DNA of 63,006 nt, the filler included, from Octopus bimaculoides (taxonomy: Eukaryota), in assembly GCF_001194135.2 (NCBI RefSeq). It is 5 parts of 5 records of this genome, joined end to end, with 100 filler letters (N's around TTAATTAATTAA, not from the genome) between each part and the next. Parts side by side here need not be neighbours in the genome. Positions count along the whole stretch, not along the records: positions 18,716 to 37,743 come from NC_068981.1; positions 37,844 to 55,395 come from NC_068994.1; 3 more parts are not named here. One strand, given 5' to 3'. The notes beneath the pieces are model-generated. The model made no database searches and was not told where the DNA came from. It worked only from the letters and a program-made list of their open reading frames with translations. Of this stretch, positions 35,340-46,984 are shown one piece after another; within the stretch, counting starts at the first letter, position 1; the number at the start of each line of letters is the position of its first letter. Made by a program: the position numbers and the translations under genes.

Positions 35340-37040
35340 TAAGCCAAACCATGGAGTCGACTTCCCGCCCCTACCAAAGTCAGAGGCGAAGGAAGCTGAA
35401 ACCAAAGCCATTCCGCTTGAATGCACATAAGCTATAGAAAATACGTACAAAGGAGCGAATACGTTTACTACCATAAACACTGCCTCCACCACTGCTACCA
35501 CTATTACCGCCATCACCACCACAACCAACACGAATACTGAAAACAATTTTGCCGCAGCTTTAAAGCTAAAGAAAAAAATCATGTGCTTTATAAAGCAATG
35601 TTTAAAAAAGACGACCTCAGCATACCACTACAGACACCACAAAACATCAAGGAAAAAGTCGTAAAAAAGACACTCAACCTAAAAACAAAGCTATACGAAA
35701 GGGCCACTCAAGGAAATGTAGAAAAATGTTTAAGGCCCATATGGGTTTTTAAAGACTACATCACAGGGGGGGGGACAGATTTGTCACGATCGAAGTGAGA
35801 TTCGACAGTGAAGAAAGAACCAAGGACCTCTTCACAAAGTCCTTTCAATTTGAAAATTTACTGATGATCCCTACATACCTTGGTCGCAGGGTCACAAAAA
35901 TAGCAATAAAAAATGTACCCCCCTGAAATAGAAATAAAATGGCTTGTGTCTGCCATTTGCTATGACACCGAGGACGAAATCCATATCTTGAAAATCGCTA
36001 TCCTGGAACAACAAAACTGGATTGACCAAGGAGTCCAAATCCTTGCTCAAATTGATCCAATGAATTTTGAAAAGATTCCACATCGAATCCAATTGACAGA
36101 GGATTCGAGTTTGCATGTGGCCGTCGAAAGCAGAAAGCCACGTTGCTATGTTTGTAGTAGCAAAGCACACTTAAAAATTAATTGTCCACTAGCACAGAAA
36201 CAGCAACAACCACAACAACAAGATCGCAAAAAACAACAACAACCACAAGAAAACCAAAAACCGAGCAAAAAACCAGCACTGCTACGCACACCGCCATATG
36301 CACAACTAATTAAACAGCTCAACAAACAAATGAAGGAACATCAGCAACCAACAAGTCAGCCCAACCAAACAACACCACCACCAGCGCCACCAAGAACAGA
36401 AACAACACCATCATCCCCACCACGTACAACTTCAAAGAAAGAAGAGAAAACCAAAAAGGCTCATACCTCACCCCCAAAAACCCATACACCACATCCCAAT
36501 TGTCACCGACCAGCACCAACACCAACAACAAAATCAACACACTCAGAAATAGACCCCAATACCCTTCCCCCCAACCTTCTGATTCCTCCGACATGTCGTC
36601 AGATGAAGATGACACAGAGGATCGGCAAGTGGCTACAGGGGGAAGGAGAAAAAAAGGGTAAAAAGAATAGACAAGCAGACAAACAAAGCAGAGAGGTTTA
36701 CCACTCCCGAAACCAAAACACCCGCAGAAAACAAAAGCATCGACACAAACACACTAACACCCCCGCACCCCAACAATGTTGACAGCAACAATCCAGACCT
36801 AATGGAATACATTAGGTCAAACACTAACATAACAGAAAATGATACCCCCCCAAAAAAAGAGAATCACCGTCGCACAACACCACCACAACACATCAAAATC
36901 ATACACATAACACTGAACAGACACAGCACACTGAAATCTCTCTACCCGGATGCAGTATTCCAAAAATACCTGTCTAAAAAAGTATACAAAAAACTTCTGG
37001 GAGAAGACTGTGAGGCGAAAGACAAAGAACTTTCGGACAG

Positions 37041-37043
<3 letters not shown>
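35340..37043 (+). mobile_element. Tx1/L1-like ORF1 (gag-like) region, frameshifted
   Basis: FVTIEVRFDSEE...IPTYLGRRVTKIAIKNVPP/EIEIKWLVSAI; CX2CX4HX4C knuckle; long Q/P/T/K-rich tail. Confidence 0.7.
35913..36782 (+). pseudogene. 289-aa open remnant of retrotransposon ORF1 with CCHC zinc knuckle
   Basis: CYVCSSKAHLKINC at 36144-36185; the upstream part lies in another frame. Confidence 0.7.

Positions 37044-37073
<30 letters not shown>
37044..37073. repeat. (CT)n microsatellite at the ORF1/RT junction
   Basis: Direct reading. Confidence 0.95.
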
Positions 37074-37076
<3 letters not shown>

Positions 37077-37743
37077 GTCCCATCATAGCCGCAGACGTAC
37101 GGGATGCAATGGCAAGCTGCGCGGGAGACAAGTCGCCAGGCTTGGATGGTCTGCCCTACGAACTTTATTGTCATATGCCAGACTTGTTTGGAGGCGTCTT
37201 GGCAGCTGTCTACTGCAACTGACAGTAAAACGGGAGTATCCCCCTCTCTGTAAAGCGAGGAGCAGGAGTACTGCTAAAGAAAGATCAAGACAAGGGGAAT
37301 GTCGTAGATAACTTCAGGCCCATCACTCTGCTCAACACAGACTTGAAGATTTTGGCCAAGGTGTTAGCCGAAAGGTTGGCGCTTGTCATCGAGAAACTGG
37401 TCGACAAGGCGCAAACGTGCACGTGCCGGGTAGGAGTATTCATAACACCCTCCATCTAATGCGCTACATCATAGGCAGGGTAGTTAAGGAACCTGGCATG
37501 GGTGGGGCGCTGATCAATTTGGATCAATCAAAAGCTTTCGATAGGGTAGACCATAACTACTTGGAGGCTGTCCTTAGAGCGGCTGGTTTCGGTCCCATCT
37601 TCCTCGGTTGGATCGCTGCTTTAAACAGCGGCATCCGCTCGGTAGCTCGCGTAAATGGTCATCTGTCCAGACCATTTAACATCACGCGTTCAGTTCGTCA
37701 AGGATGCCCCCTCTCATCACTTCTGTACGCATTGACTCTTGAG
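37074..37743 (+). mobile_element. Tx1/L1-clade reverse transcriptase fragment
   Basis: KSPGLDGLPYELY, NFRPITLLNTDLKILAKVL, GRSIHNT, LINLDQSKAFDRVDH, VRQGCPLSSLLY. Confidence 0.92.
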
Positions 37744-37843
37744 NNNNNNNNNNNNNNNNNNNNNNNNNNNNNNNNNNNNNNNNNNNNTTAATTAATTAAN
37801 NNNNNNNNNNNNNNNNNNNNNNNNNNNNNNNNNNNNNNNNNNN
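37744..37843. other. Artificial scaffolding spacer
   Basis: 44N-TTAATTAATTAA-44N. Confidence 0.95.
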
Positions 37844-38039
37844 TATATATATATATATATATACATGCAAACAGAAAGAAAGTAAAGACTGAAGATTTTC
37901 AGACGATGAATATTTAAGTATAAATGTATAGGAAAGATTTTTCTCCTGATATTTATGAGGGCTTCGTCATAAAGACCGCACAAGCCCTAAAGTAAATAGA
38001 ATGAGATGGGCCAACGCCCATCTCCATCCAAGGTAAGTA

Positions 38040-38654
38040 AAATTATTTCTCAATGTAGGGTGTTTAAATGTTCATGGCCTGGAGTTGAATTGGAAACAAG
38101 GGCGTTTCCTCAATGACCTCATGTCGTATAGATTGGATGTGATAGTAGTTACAGAAATCTGGGTGAATGGACCGAGAGGCTTTTCCCCACTCCTAAACGG
38201 CTACGAGAAATTTTTTTCTTCAGGCCAGCCTGGAGGGGGTAGTTGCGGTTCTATTCAGGAAAAATTTGAGTTTAGAGATAAGAGTAATCTTTGTTGATCC
38301 GGAAGGCAGGCTGGTCGTCCTTGACGTGACGCACAGCAGTGATAAGTCTTTCAGGCTGGTGGCTGTTTATGCCCCTTCGAGGGCTGGACATTCACACGCG
38401 TAGATTGTGTTGGTTCATGTGTAGATAGGACGGGAAAACCGTGCATCCTCGATCTGCTTATGCATTTCCAGCTGGCAGATCAGTATAGACTAGAACACCT
38501 GGACGCTCCATTGTGGACATGGATGAATAACAACGGGTCTTCTAGGTCTTATATAGATAGGTTTTTCGTTAGACATATAGATCAAGATTTAGTTAGATGT
38601 CCACGGTTTCATTACGTCAACTACAGTGACCACAAGCTTGTGACCAGTATATTT
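38040..38654 (+). mobile_element. Tx1/L1-like AP-endonuclease fragment, pseudogenised
   Basis: NVGCLNVHGL...LDVIVVTEIW; GRLVVLDV...FRLVAVYAP; WTWMNNNGSSRSYIDRFFV...SDHKLV. Confidence 0.85.
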
Positions 38655-39180
38655 TGTATTAATATATATCTATATATCTTAAATAGAATTTATAACAATA
38701 TATGCTTATGTAAAAGAAGTTGATTGCCTAATTTGAGTTTTTTGTTTTAATTCTTATGCGCACACACATATATAGCAGACGACATTTCCGGAAAGCTTAT
38801 CCACGCATGCACAGGGACTGGTTCCGGAGGGAATACAGGAAGAGTCTCATGCGCATGCGTGGTCATTCGACATCCAAGCTTCGCGCGGTTTTTGACTCTC
38901 TTTCTCGGCCGGCCGACGAAGAGCCAAGACGTTGTAGCAGTCTCTCTCCAACATTCCAACTCTGGAGACAGCATCTCCAACATTCCAACTCTGGAGCTAG
39001 ACAAATAACCACTCAACATCATTGACGGCGTCTCAGCAACCAAAGGGCGAAGTGCTGCCTATTTCCTCTGTAAATAAATATTGTTGTGTTGATAGTTCAG
39101 AATCTGCGTTCCGTTGTTTCTTCAAGAAATTTAATGTACGGAAGCTGGTACACCTAATGGTGTATAACCACTTTCCTACA
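38655..39180 (+). mobile_element. Putative solo LTR
   Basis: TGTA...TACA ends, near-TSD TATTT/TATGT, GC-richer core, AATAAA at ~39074, internal 23-bp tandem duplication; starts where the APE homology stops. Confidence 0.4.
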
Positions 39181-39183
39181 TAT

Positions 39184-39244
<61 letters not shown>

Positions 39245-39498
39245 ACATATATATGTATATATATGTATATATGCATATATATATGTATATATGTATATAT
39301 ATGTGGGCATGTATTTGTGTACATATTTATTTGTATATTTGTATGCGTGTCTATATGTGTGTGTATTTGTATGTATGCTTGTGTTTATGTGGATACGCAT
39401 GTCGTTTTATGTGTGCGTTTTGCAAGCTGAACGAAGTATCTAACTTTCGCTAGATACTTATAGGAATGCTAATCATTTCACTTTCTCTACTTCTATCT

Positions 39499-39529
<31 letters not shown>

Positions 39530-40237
39530 AATTTCTGTTTCTTTTTCTTCTTTTCTCTTTTTCTTTCTCCTCCACTTGTTATTCTCTGATTTTTCCCCTT
39601 TCATTCTCTCGCCTGTAATAACTAAGTTGTATAAGCATACACCAGGAGGTTTTATGTGCGTGCATGTGTGTGCATGCATACATGTATATGCATTTGTATA
39701 TATTTGTGTTTTGCCTATGTATGTCTGTATATGTACGTAGCCATGTACCAACGCCTGTATATTTTGTGTATATACGTATGTTATAGATTGTTTGATATGT
39801 GTATGTATTTCTAAATGCATATGTATTTTAGCGTGAAAGTTTTTAAAACATATATCTTTTAATTTGTTATTATTTTTACAACCAATTATTTATCCTGGGT
39901 ATTCAGGCTTTTTTCTTTCTGCATAAGCTATTTTTGATTTAAGGCTTTCTTTTGATTTTTATAACATGATTTTAAACCGCAACCGTAATTTCATGCAACC
40001 GGTTATTGAAAAGACCGTTTGTTGAAAGGACCAATGAAACAAAACCATTTTGAAATGTGTATCTATCAAAGTAATTGTATTTCTGCATTTAACTTGCTCC
40101 ATTCTAAACAAAACTGTCCGATGAAAGGGAATGTGAAACTCTGAGGAACAGTTTTTGTGATATTTTTGCTGCTTTTTAATAAAGCACTATTTTTCCAACC
40201 TGTTTCGCATTTATGTGGTTACTCTGGTATATCTATC

Positions 40238-40272
<35 letters not shown>

Positions 40273-40570
40273 NNNNNNNNNNNNNNNNNNNNNNNNNNNN
40301 NNNNNNNNNNNNNNNNNNNNNNNNNNNNNNNNNNNNNNNNNNNNNNNNNNNNNNNNNNNNNNNNNNNNNNNNNNNNNNNNNNNNNNNNNNNNNNNNNNNN
40401 NNNNNNNNNNNNNNNNNNNNNNNNNNNNNNNNNNNNNNNNNNNNNNNNNNNNNNNNNNNNNNNNNNNNNNNNNNNNNNNNNNNNNATATATACGTACATA
40501 TGTATATATATAAATCCACATGTCTATATATATGTATATATATATGTATATATGTATGTATATATATATA

Positions 40571-41098
40571 TTTTTATCTAGTTTCAGCTCACGAGCTGTG
40601 GCCATGCTGGGGTACCACCATTTGGTGTTGCTACATAATTTCACTTCACGAATGCTTTTTAGGAATTGACATTTGGTGCATGAAGGAGTTTGATGCCGCT
40701 GCCCTCATCTGCACCTCCTGCCGCGAAGTTGTTTCATCTGGAATACTTGACAGTAAGAGGTCTAGCTTAATTTTGAAGACACCTACATCCACTCCATGCA
40801 GGTCTCTCAGATCCTTCGGGGGTAATATTGAAGAGCTGTGGACCTCTGAAGCCCAGGCTATTGCAATATCTTATCTTACATCTTGATGACAAATTTAGAG
40901 TCCTTGACACTATGCAGTGGCACCCAATTCTAGTATTTGTGTAACTCTCGATGCCAAAGTTTGGGACAAGTCCTTCCAGGATCTTCTAGATGTATATTAT
41001 CGCATATCTTTCTCGCCTACACTCTAAGGAATAGAGTCTTAATCTCATGAGTCTTTCACAGTAGCTATTTATGCTGCATAGAGGCTATCTTCTTCGTG
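40571..41098 (-). mobile_element. CR1-like LINE 3' end
   Basis: Minus frame SYCERLMRLRLYSLECRRERYAIIYI*KILEGLVPNFGI; tail GGTGGTACCCCAGCATGGCCACAGCTCGTGAGCTGAAAC. Confidence 0.85.
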
Positions 41099-41267
41099 TA
41101 TATATGTATATATACGTATACATATATATATGTACATATGTATATATATATATATATGCATATATATNNNNNNNNNNNNNNNNNNNNNNNNNNNNNNNNN
41201 NNNNNNNNNNNNNNNNNNNNNNNNNNNNNNNNNNNNNNNNNNNNNNNNNNNNNNNNNNNNNNNNNNN

Positions 41268-42968
41268 AGCTAGTGACAGTGGCTCTCCGAGTGACCGTGG
41301 GCATGTCCAGAAGGGCATGTATGTATATATATGTATATAAATGTATGTACTTACATATATATGTACATATATATATATATATATACATATGTCACCTTTT
41401 GCAACAAAACCAACGAGCTGATAGTAGTTGTGTTGTATAGGCTACCTCAAACACTCAAACTGCACTTTAATGAATGCCTCAACAGCATTAAGTGCTTTAT
41501 TCAACAGTGCCATTCTAATAACATAATTATGATGGGAGATTTTAATCTATAATGTGTTGATTGGTTTACCAACAGTTTGAAATCGGGTACTCCCACCTCA
41601 ACTACTGACAAAGAAGTAGTAGAGTCACTTCTCGAGTTTATGAATGAGTTTTTCTTGTCCTTACATTAAGATAGAACATTTTAGACCTTGTGTTTAGTAA
41701 ACACACTAACACAATACACAATATTTCAGTGGAAAAAACCCTTCTTTCAGACCATGACAGGGTTCTTTGTAACCTGAGATTCCACCAGTCAAAAGCTAAC
41801 CCTAGTGACCTCTCTCCAGCCCACCCATTTGATACCATGAATCTCTATGATGCCGACTGGGATGCAACCATAGACGATCTATCACATGTTGACTGGTCTT
41901 TCACACATACATGCACTTCCTCCAGCATAAAAATATCTTGGCAGATCTTTGTAGACACTGTCACAAACATATGTACTAAACACACCACCAAGACCTGTGA
42001 ACGAAACTAAGTGCAGAATTCCCCAAACCAGAAAAACGATTATCAGAAAAATAAAAAGAACAAACAAAAAAAAATAACAAACCAAAATACTGCCAACAGC
42101 CACACATGTATTCGACGGCAATCAGTTTGCTCGAAAAAAAAAAAAAATAACCAACAATGCATGGAGACCATTATCAATAATCTGAGAATAGCTGAGGAGA
42201 AATGGGCCATTGAGAAAATCATACTCAACCCCAAAGTGTTCTCTTTTGTGAAAAAACACAAGGTCACTGTCTCCACTGTTGGCCCTCTAATTGATGAAAA
42301 TGGCAATCTCCAAGATAATGCCAAAACCATGAGTGAGATAGTGCAGAAACAGTACTGCTCTGTTTTTAGCAACCCTGATATGGCCAGTCTGGACTGTATC
42401 TGTGATATTAATCCTTAATACACTATATCGGACATAACGTTTGGCGCCCCTGATGTCTTAGCAGCAATAAACGAAATTAAACAATTCAGCAGTAAGCTCG
42501 ATAATTGGTGGAGGAACTCTTGCTAATAGGTGGAGGAACTCACTGGATGCTGGTTATATTCCTGAAAACTTTCTGTCTCAGTCTGTTGTTTCTGTTTTCA
42601 AAAAGGGAAACAAATCCCTTGCAGTGAACTATCGGCCGATCTCGCTCACCTTTCATATCATGAAGGTATTTGAGAGGGTGGTGAGATCACGGATAACCCA
42701 CTTTCTTGAAAGTAACAGACTACTGAACTCCAACCAACATGGGTTCTGTAATGGAGGGAACTGCTTAACGAAGCTCCATCCATCACCTAGATGACATTTT
42801 GAGAGCTTTGGGAGAGGGCTCGAATACTGATGTCATCTACCTTGATTTCAGCAAGGCTTTGACAGGGTGGATCATAAGATCCTCTTGAAAACACTATCCA
42901 ATATTGGTATCTCTGGAAAGTTACTACAATGGATCAAGTGTTTCTTGACAGGCAGAACCCACCAAGTT
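41268..42968 (+). mobile_element. CR1-like LINE, APE + N-terminal RT, pseudogenised and 3'-truncated
   Basis: VVLYRLP...IMMGDFNL..VDW; LDLVF...LSDH; VFKKGNKSLAVNYRPISLT; NQHGF; DVIYLDFSKA..VDH...WIKCFLTGRTHQV. Confidence 0.9.
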
Positions 42969-45133
42969 ACTTTCAAAGCCATTTGATAAAGTGAAACGTG
43001 CTTCTCTAATGTGGAACCTGTGTTTGTCTTTTGCTACACAAATACTTAATTCGAGGTCGAACTTCAGATAAATACACGGATTTAATTTTCAATTGAAAGG
43101 AGACGATTTCTGTTTTTGCTCTTGATACTTGTTAAATAAGAAAGGGCTTGCTCACGCATGTAAGAGGTTGAAAACTGCAGCAATATGTTTATTGCTTTCC
43201 TATGAATGGCAGGATACTCTTCTTTCACAGAAATCCAAAACTTGTTCAGAGATAGGTCTGTAAATCTTATTTTGATTGTACGATCACACTGCAGCCTACA
43301 AAGTTCTTCCTCTTCTTTTAATGTCAGGTTTTCAGGATGACCAAAAGATTTAGAGTATGGATCCCTCACCCAATCATATACCTGCGTTGAAAGGGAAGGA
43401 AAGTAATTTTCAATTCTGATATATAGTCCATCCAGGTGGGATTCAATAAGACTCGAAATTTTCTGATATCCCTTTACACTTTTAAGCCCATGAAGTAGCG
43501 GATCATCTCAAAATTTCCTTTTGCTACATGTTTTTTCCACACATTCACTTTTCTTTTAAATGCAAGAATTTTATCACTTGAAGCCAGTATATTTTCTCTG
43601 GGGCTTTGCAGTGACTTGTTCAGTTGATTCATGTGATGAAAAATATCTGATAAGTAGCTTAGCCTCTGCAGTCATGTTTCATCTTCAAAGCACTAAGCAA
43701 AATCTTGCTTATTGGTTTCTTGAAAGTATTTCTGCAACTCATCTCTCAGCTCAAACGCCCTATGTAAAACTTTTCTTCTAATCAGCCACCGGATTTCCGT
43801 ATATAGCAATAGATTTATGTGTTCTTTGTTCAGGCATTCACACAGTCTTTTAAACATTCTGGAGTGAACTGGTCTTTGTTTAATAAAGTTGACCATTTTT
43901 GTAGTATCGTCAAAAACTTTTTTCAATTCATTTCCAAGTGATTTTGAAACCAAAACCTCTCTGTGAAGAAAGTAGTGTGTTGAAATTATATCAGAATTTT
44001 CTTGTTTTACAAGAGAAACAAAACCTTTTATGGAGCCAACCATTGACGGGTCGCCATCAGTACAAATGCCAACACAGTCCTTCCAGGAGAGATCTCTTGT
44101 TTTTCAGATATGAGGACAAAATGTTGAATACATCTATTCCTTTGCTTGTCTGAGACAGTTCTTTGCAGCATAGGAAATTTTCTTGAATTTCACCCTCATT
44201 GACAAATCTTACAAAAGCTACGTGACAATTATTGGTAAGATCTGTTGACTCATCATACTGAATAGAAAAACTGTCACGCAAAACTTCTTCAATGTCATGT
44301 GCTATGTTATCAATGTGTCGACTTATTGTACTATCTGAAAGTGGAACATTTTCAATTTCTTGTAGTGCATTTTGCCCAAGCATTTTACCGACTATAATTT
44401 TACAAGCTGGCAGTATTAAGTTCTTACCAACTGTGCGACTTTTCCTTTTCTGTGCAAAAATTTCTGCTACCAAATAACTTGCTTCTAGAGCCTTTTCACT
44501 GACGTTAACTTTACTCACAAAAGCTGTACTCTGTTTCTTCTGAGATTCCAACAGCCTTTAAAAAAAATCATATGACTGTTATTTGTTGTGAAGTGTCTTT
44601 TTAGTTTAGCTGGAGGCATTGCTGCATTTGGAAGTTGTTTGCCACAGACGACACACAATGGAATGGGAGAGCTTGGATCACCGGTCCACGTGAAACCCAT
44701 TGATAAGTAACTTTCATGGTAAAGACACATTTTCTTTCTTTCCGTTGTTGAACTACTAGTGCAGTGGAATTGGTCAGGAGACTGTGGCTCTTCATCATTA
44801 GCCTCATCCGAATTTACTGAATGTTTCCTCTTCAAAAAACCACCACATTGGGTTATTAGGTATTTCTGTAAAAATAAAGAAAAGAAATACAGGGTGTCCA
44901 TAAATTACAGACATCACTAAATATATCCCCAATGGTTGTTATATTTTTTTGATAACATAATAGGTTAGATAGGATGATGTCTATATTATTAAGTTACAAT
45001 AACCAATAATATGTTGTGCATGCATATTACGATCATGTAATTAGCATTAGCTTATCTCACTCTTTCTCGTGGAAACCCTAGGAACCTTTTGCGGAACTCT
45101 AGGGTTCTGGGAAACCCCGGTTGAGAAACGCTG
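42969..45133 (-). mobile_element. hAT transposon, Buster (ZBED5/Charlie-like) group, pseudogenised, 3' TIR missing
   Basis: 5' TIR CAGCGTTTCTCAAC at 45133, flank CCTTAGAT fits the NNNTANNN Buster TSD; BED finger CVVCGKQL...KLKRH; SIQYDESTD, CTDG, HYFLHRE, TEIRWL, FSTSYMREQA, KRQTQVPH*. Confidence 0.93.
44866..44890 (-). promoter_or_regulatory. Putative 3' splice acceptor just upstream of the Buster transposase start
   Basis: TTTCTTTTCTTTATTTTTACAG|AAATACC...ATG on the minus strand. Confidence 0.4.
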
Positions 45134-45567
45134 CCTTAGATAGTGAAAGGTTAATCACTATAAAAAATATGCATCTCAGTAATACAAAAATATCACAGTT
45201 TCATCGATTTGTAGTGTATTTCACTGACTTGGGAGTATCAGATTAATAAAGCCAAGAAATTAACTCTGTTTTTTTTGTAAGATGTAAATAAATATTGATT
45301 GATAGCTTAATTGATTCAGGTTTTGTTAGTAGGCAGTACAAGTTATTACGGAAGAATAGTTTTCTCTCGTACGTGCTTGAATGTGTTGAGACAAGATAGA
45401 AGTACTTAATAACCTTTTACAAAATTTCCAATGGTTCAATTTGTTTCCGGAATGTATCAGTTTATAATGTTTTAAGTTTCTTTTCATTATGAAGTCTTTT
45501 TATGCAAATTTTTGGCTGTAGCAAAAGGACCCAGCCAACCAGTCAGTCCCTAACAGTTCTGGTCGGC

Positions 45568-45604
45568 TTAGGGTTAGGGTTAGAATTAGGGTTAGGTTAG
45601 GTTA
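45568..45604 (+). repeat. Short interstitial telomere-like tract (TTAGGG/TTAGG)
   Basis: TTAGGGTTAGGGTTAGAATTAGGGTTAGGTTAGGTTA. Confidence 0.7.
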
Positions 45605-45721
45605 AATGAAACAATAAAATTAACAAATACATTTCTCTGAAAAGGAAAACATTTAATAGGCTTATGGGAGCTTCTAAATCAAGATCTGGTTCGGCAATGA
45701 ATATTAAAAACAATAATAATC

Positions 45722-45846
45722 ATTTCTATTATAGGCACAAAGTCTGAAATTTTGTGGGAGGGGGCTAGTCGATTAGATCGACCCAGTACGCAACTGATAC
45801 TTAGCTTATCGACCCCAAAAGGATAAAAAGTAAAGTCAACCTCGGC
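45722..45846 (-). mobile_element. SINE family B, 3' part
   Basis: AGGCACAAAG..GAAATTTTG...GTCGATTAGATCGACCCAGTACGCAACTG. Confidence 0.8.
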
Positions 45847-46290
45847 NNNNNNNNNNNNNNNNNNNNNNNNNNNNNNNNNNNNNNNNNNNNNNNNNNNNNN
45901 NNNNNNNNNNNNNNNNNNNNNNNNNNNNNNNNNNNNNNNNNNNNNNNNNNNNNNNNNNNNNNNNNNNNNNNNNNNNNNNNNNNNNNNNNNNNNNNNNNNN
46001 NNNNNNNNNNNNNNNNNNNNNNNNNNNNNNNNNNNNNNNNNNNNNNNNNNNNNNNNNNNNNNNNNNNNNNNNNNNNNNNNNNNNNNNNNNNNNNNNNNNN
46101 NNNNNNNNNNNNNNNNNNNNNNNNNNNNNNNNNNNNNNNNNNNNNNNNNNNNNNNNNNNNNNNNNNNNNNNNNNNNNNNNNNNNNNNNNNNNNNNNNNNN
46201 NNNNNNNNNNNNNNNNNNNNNNNNNNNNNNNNNNNNNNNNNNNNNNNNNNNNNNNNNNNNNNNNNNNNNNNNNNNNNNNNNNNNNNNNNT

Positions 46291-46485
46291 TATTATTTTG
46301 ATACAAGGCCAGTAATTTTGAGGGGTGGGGAAGTTTATTTCAGTGCTCGATTGGTACTTATTTAAATCGACCTTGGAAAGATGAAAAACAAAGTCGACTT
46401 AGGCGAAATTTGAACTTAGAACATAAAGATGGACGAATTGCTGCTAAGCGTTTTTTCCGGCGTTCTAACGACTCAGCTTGCCGTC

Positions 46486-46488
<3 letters not shown>
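46291..46488 (-). mobile_element. SINE family B
   Basis: CAAAGTCGACTTAGGCGAAATTTGAACT...CTAACGACTCAGCTTGCCGTCTT. Confidence 0.75.
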
Positions 46489-46541
<53 letters not shown>

Positions 46542-46984
46542 TCACACGATGACATGGTCATTTAACAGTTCCCCCCACCCCTATGTGTAAGCCTTTTTTA
46601 GTACTTTCTATGTTTGCCAAAACTTTGAGATGTTTATAAATTTTTATGTTCTAAGTACGATGTGATTTGCCTTAGATAAATCCCTTCATCGTAAATACGA
46701 TGGGGTGTTTATAGATAGAATACTCTAGCTTCTTAAAACTGTGAAATGTTGTTTATAAATTTCGATATCTTAGTTGTGGTAGTCCCAACTTGCCGACGCT
46801 ACGTTCAAAAATCATCTACCATCATTTGTTGTCTAAAGAAATCGGGGGAGACAATATTAGAACCACTCGGTTCTATTACTATAATTAATATATATATTAC
46901 TATATTAATATAATTATAGTAATAATTGTGAAACTATAGTTGTGAACTAGGAAATAATAAGTTAGGGATTATAGTAGTAATAGT

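Noticed and set aside
37074-38654. RT placed upstream of APE, suggesting a permuted LINE domain order
   Set aside because: An artificial spacer separates the two, so order and linkage are not established.
40110-40156. AAAACTGT/ACAGTTTT inverted repeat enclosing CCGATGA...GAAAC
   Set aside because: No pairing possible for stem II, so not a hammerhead.
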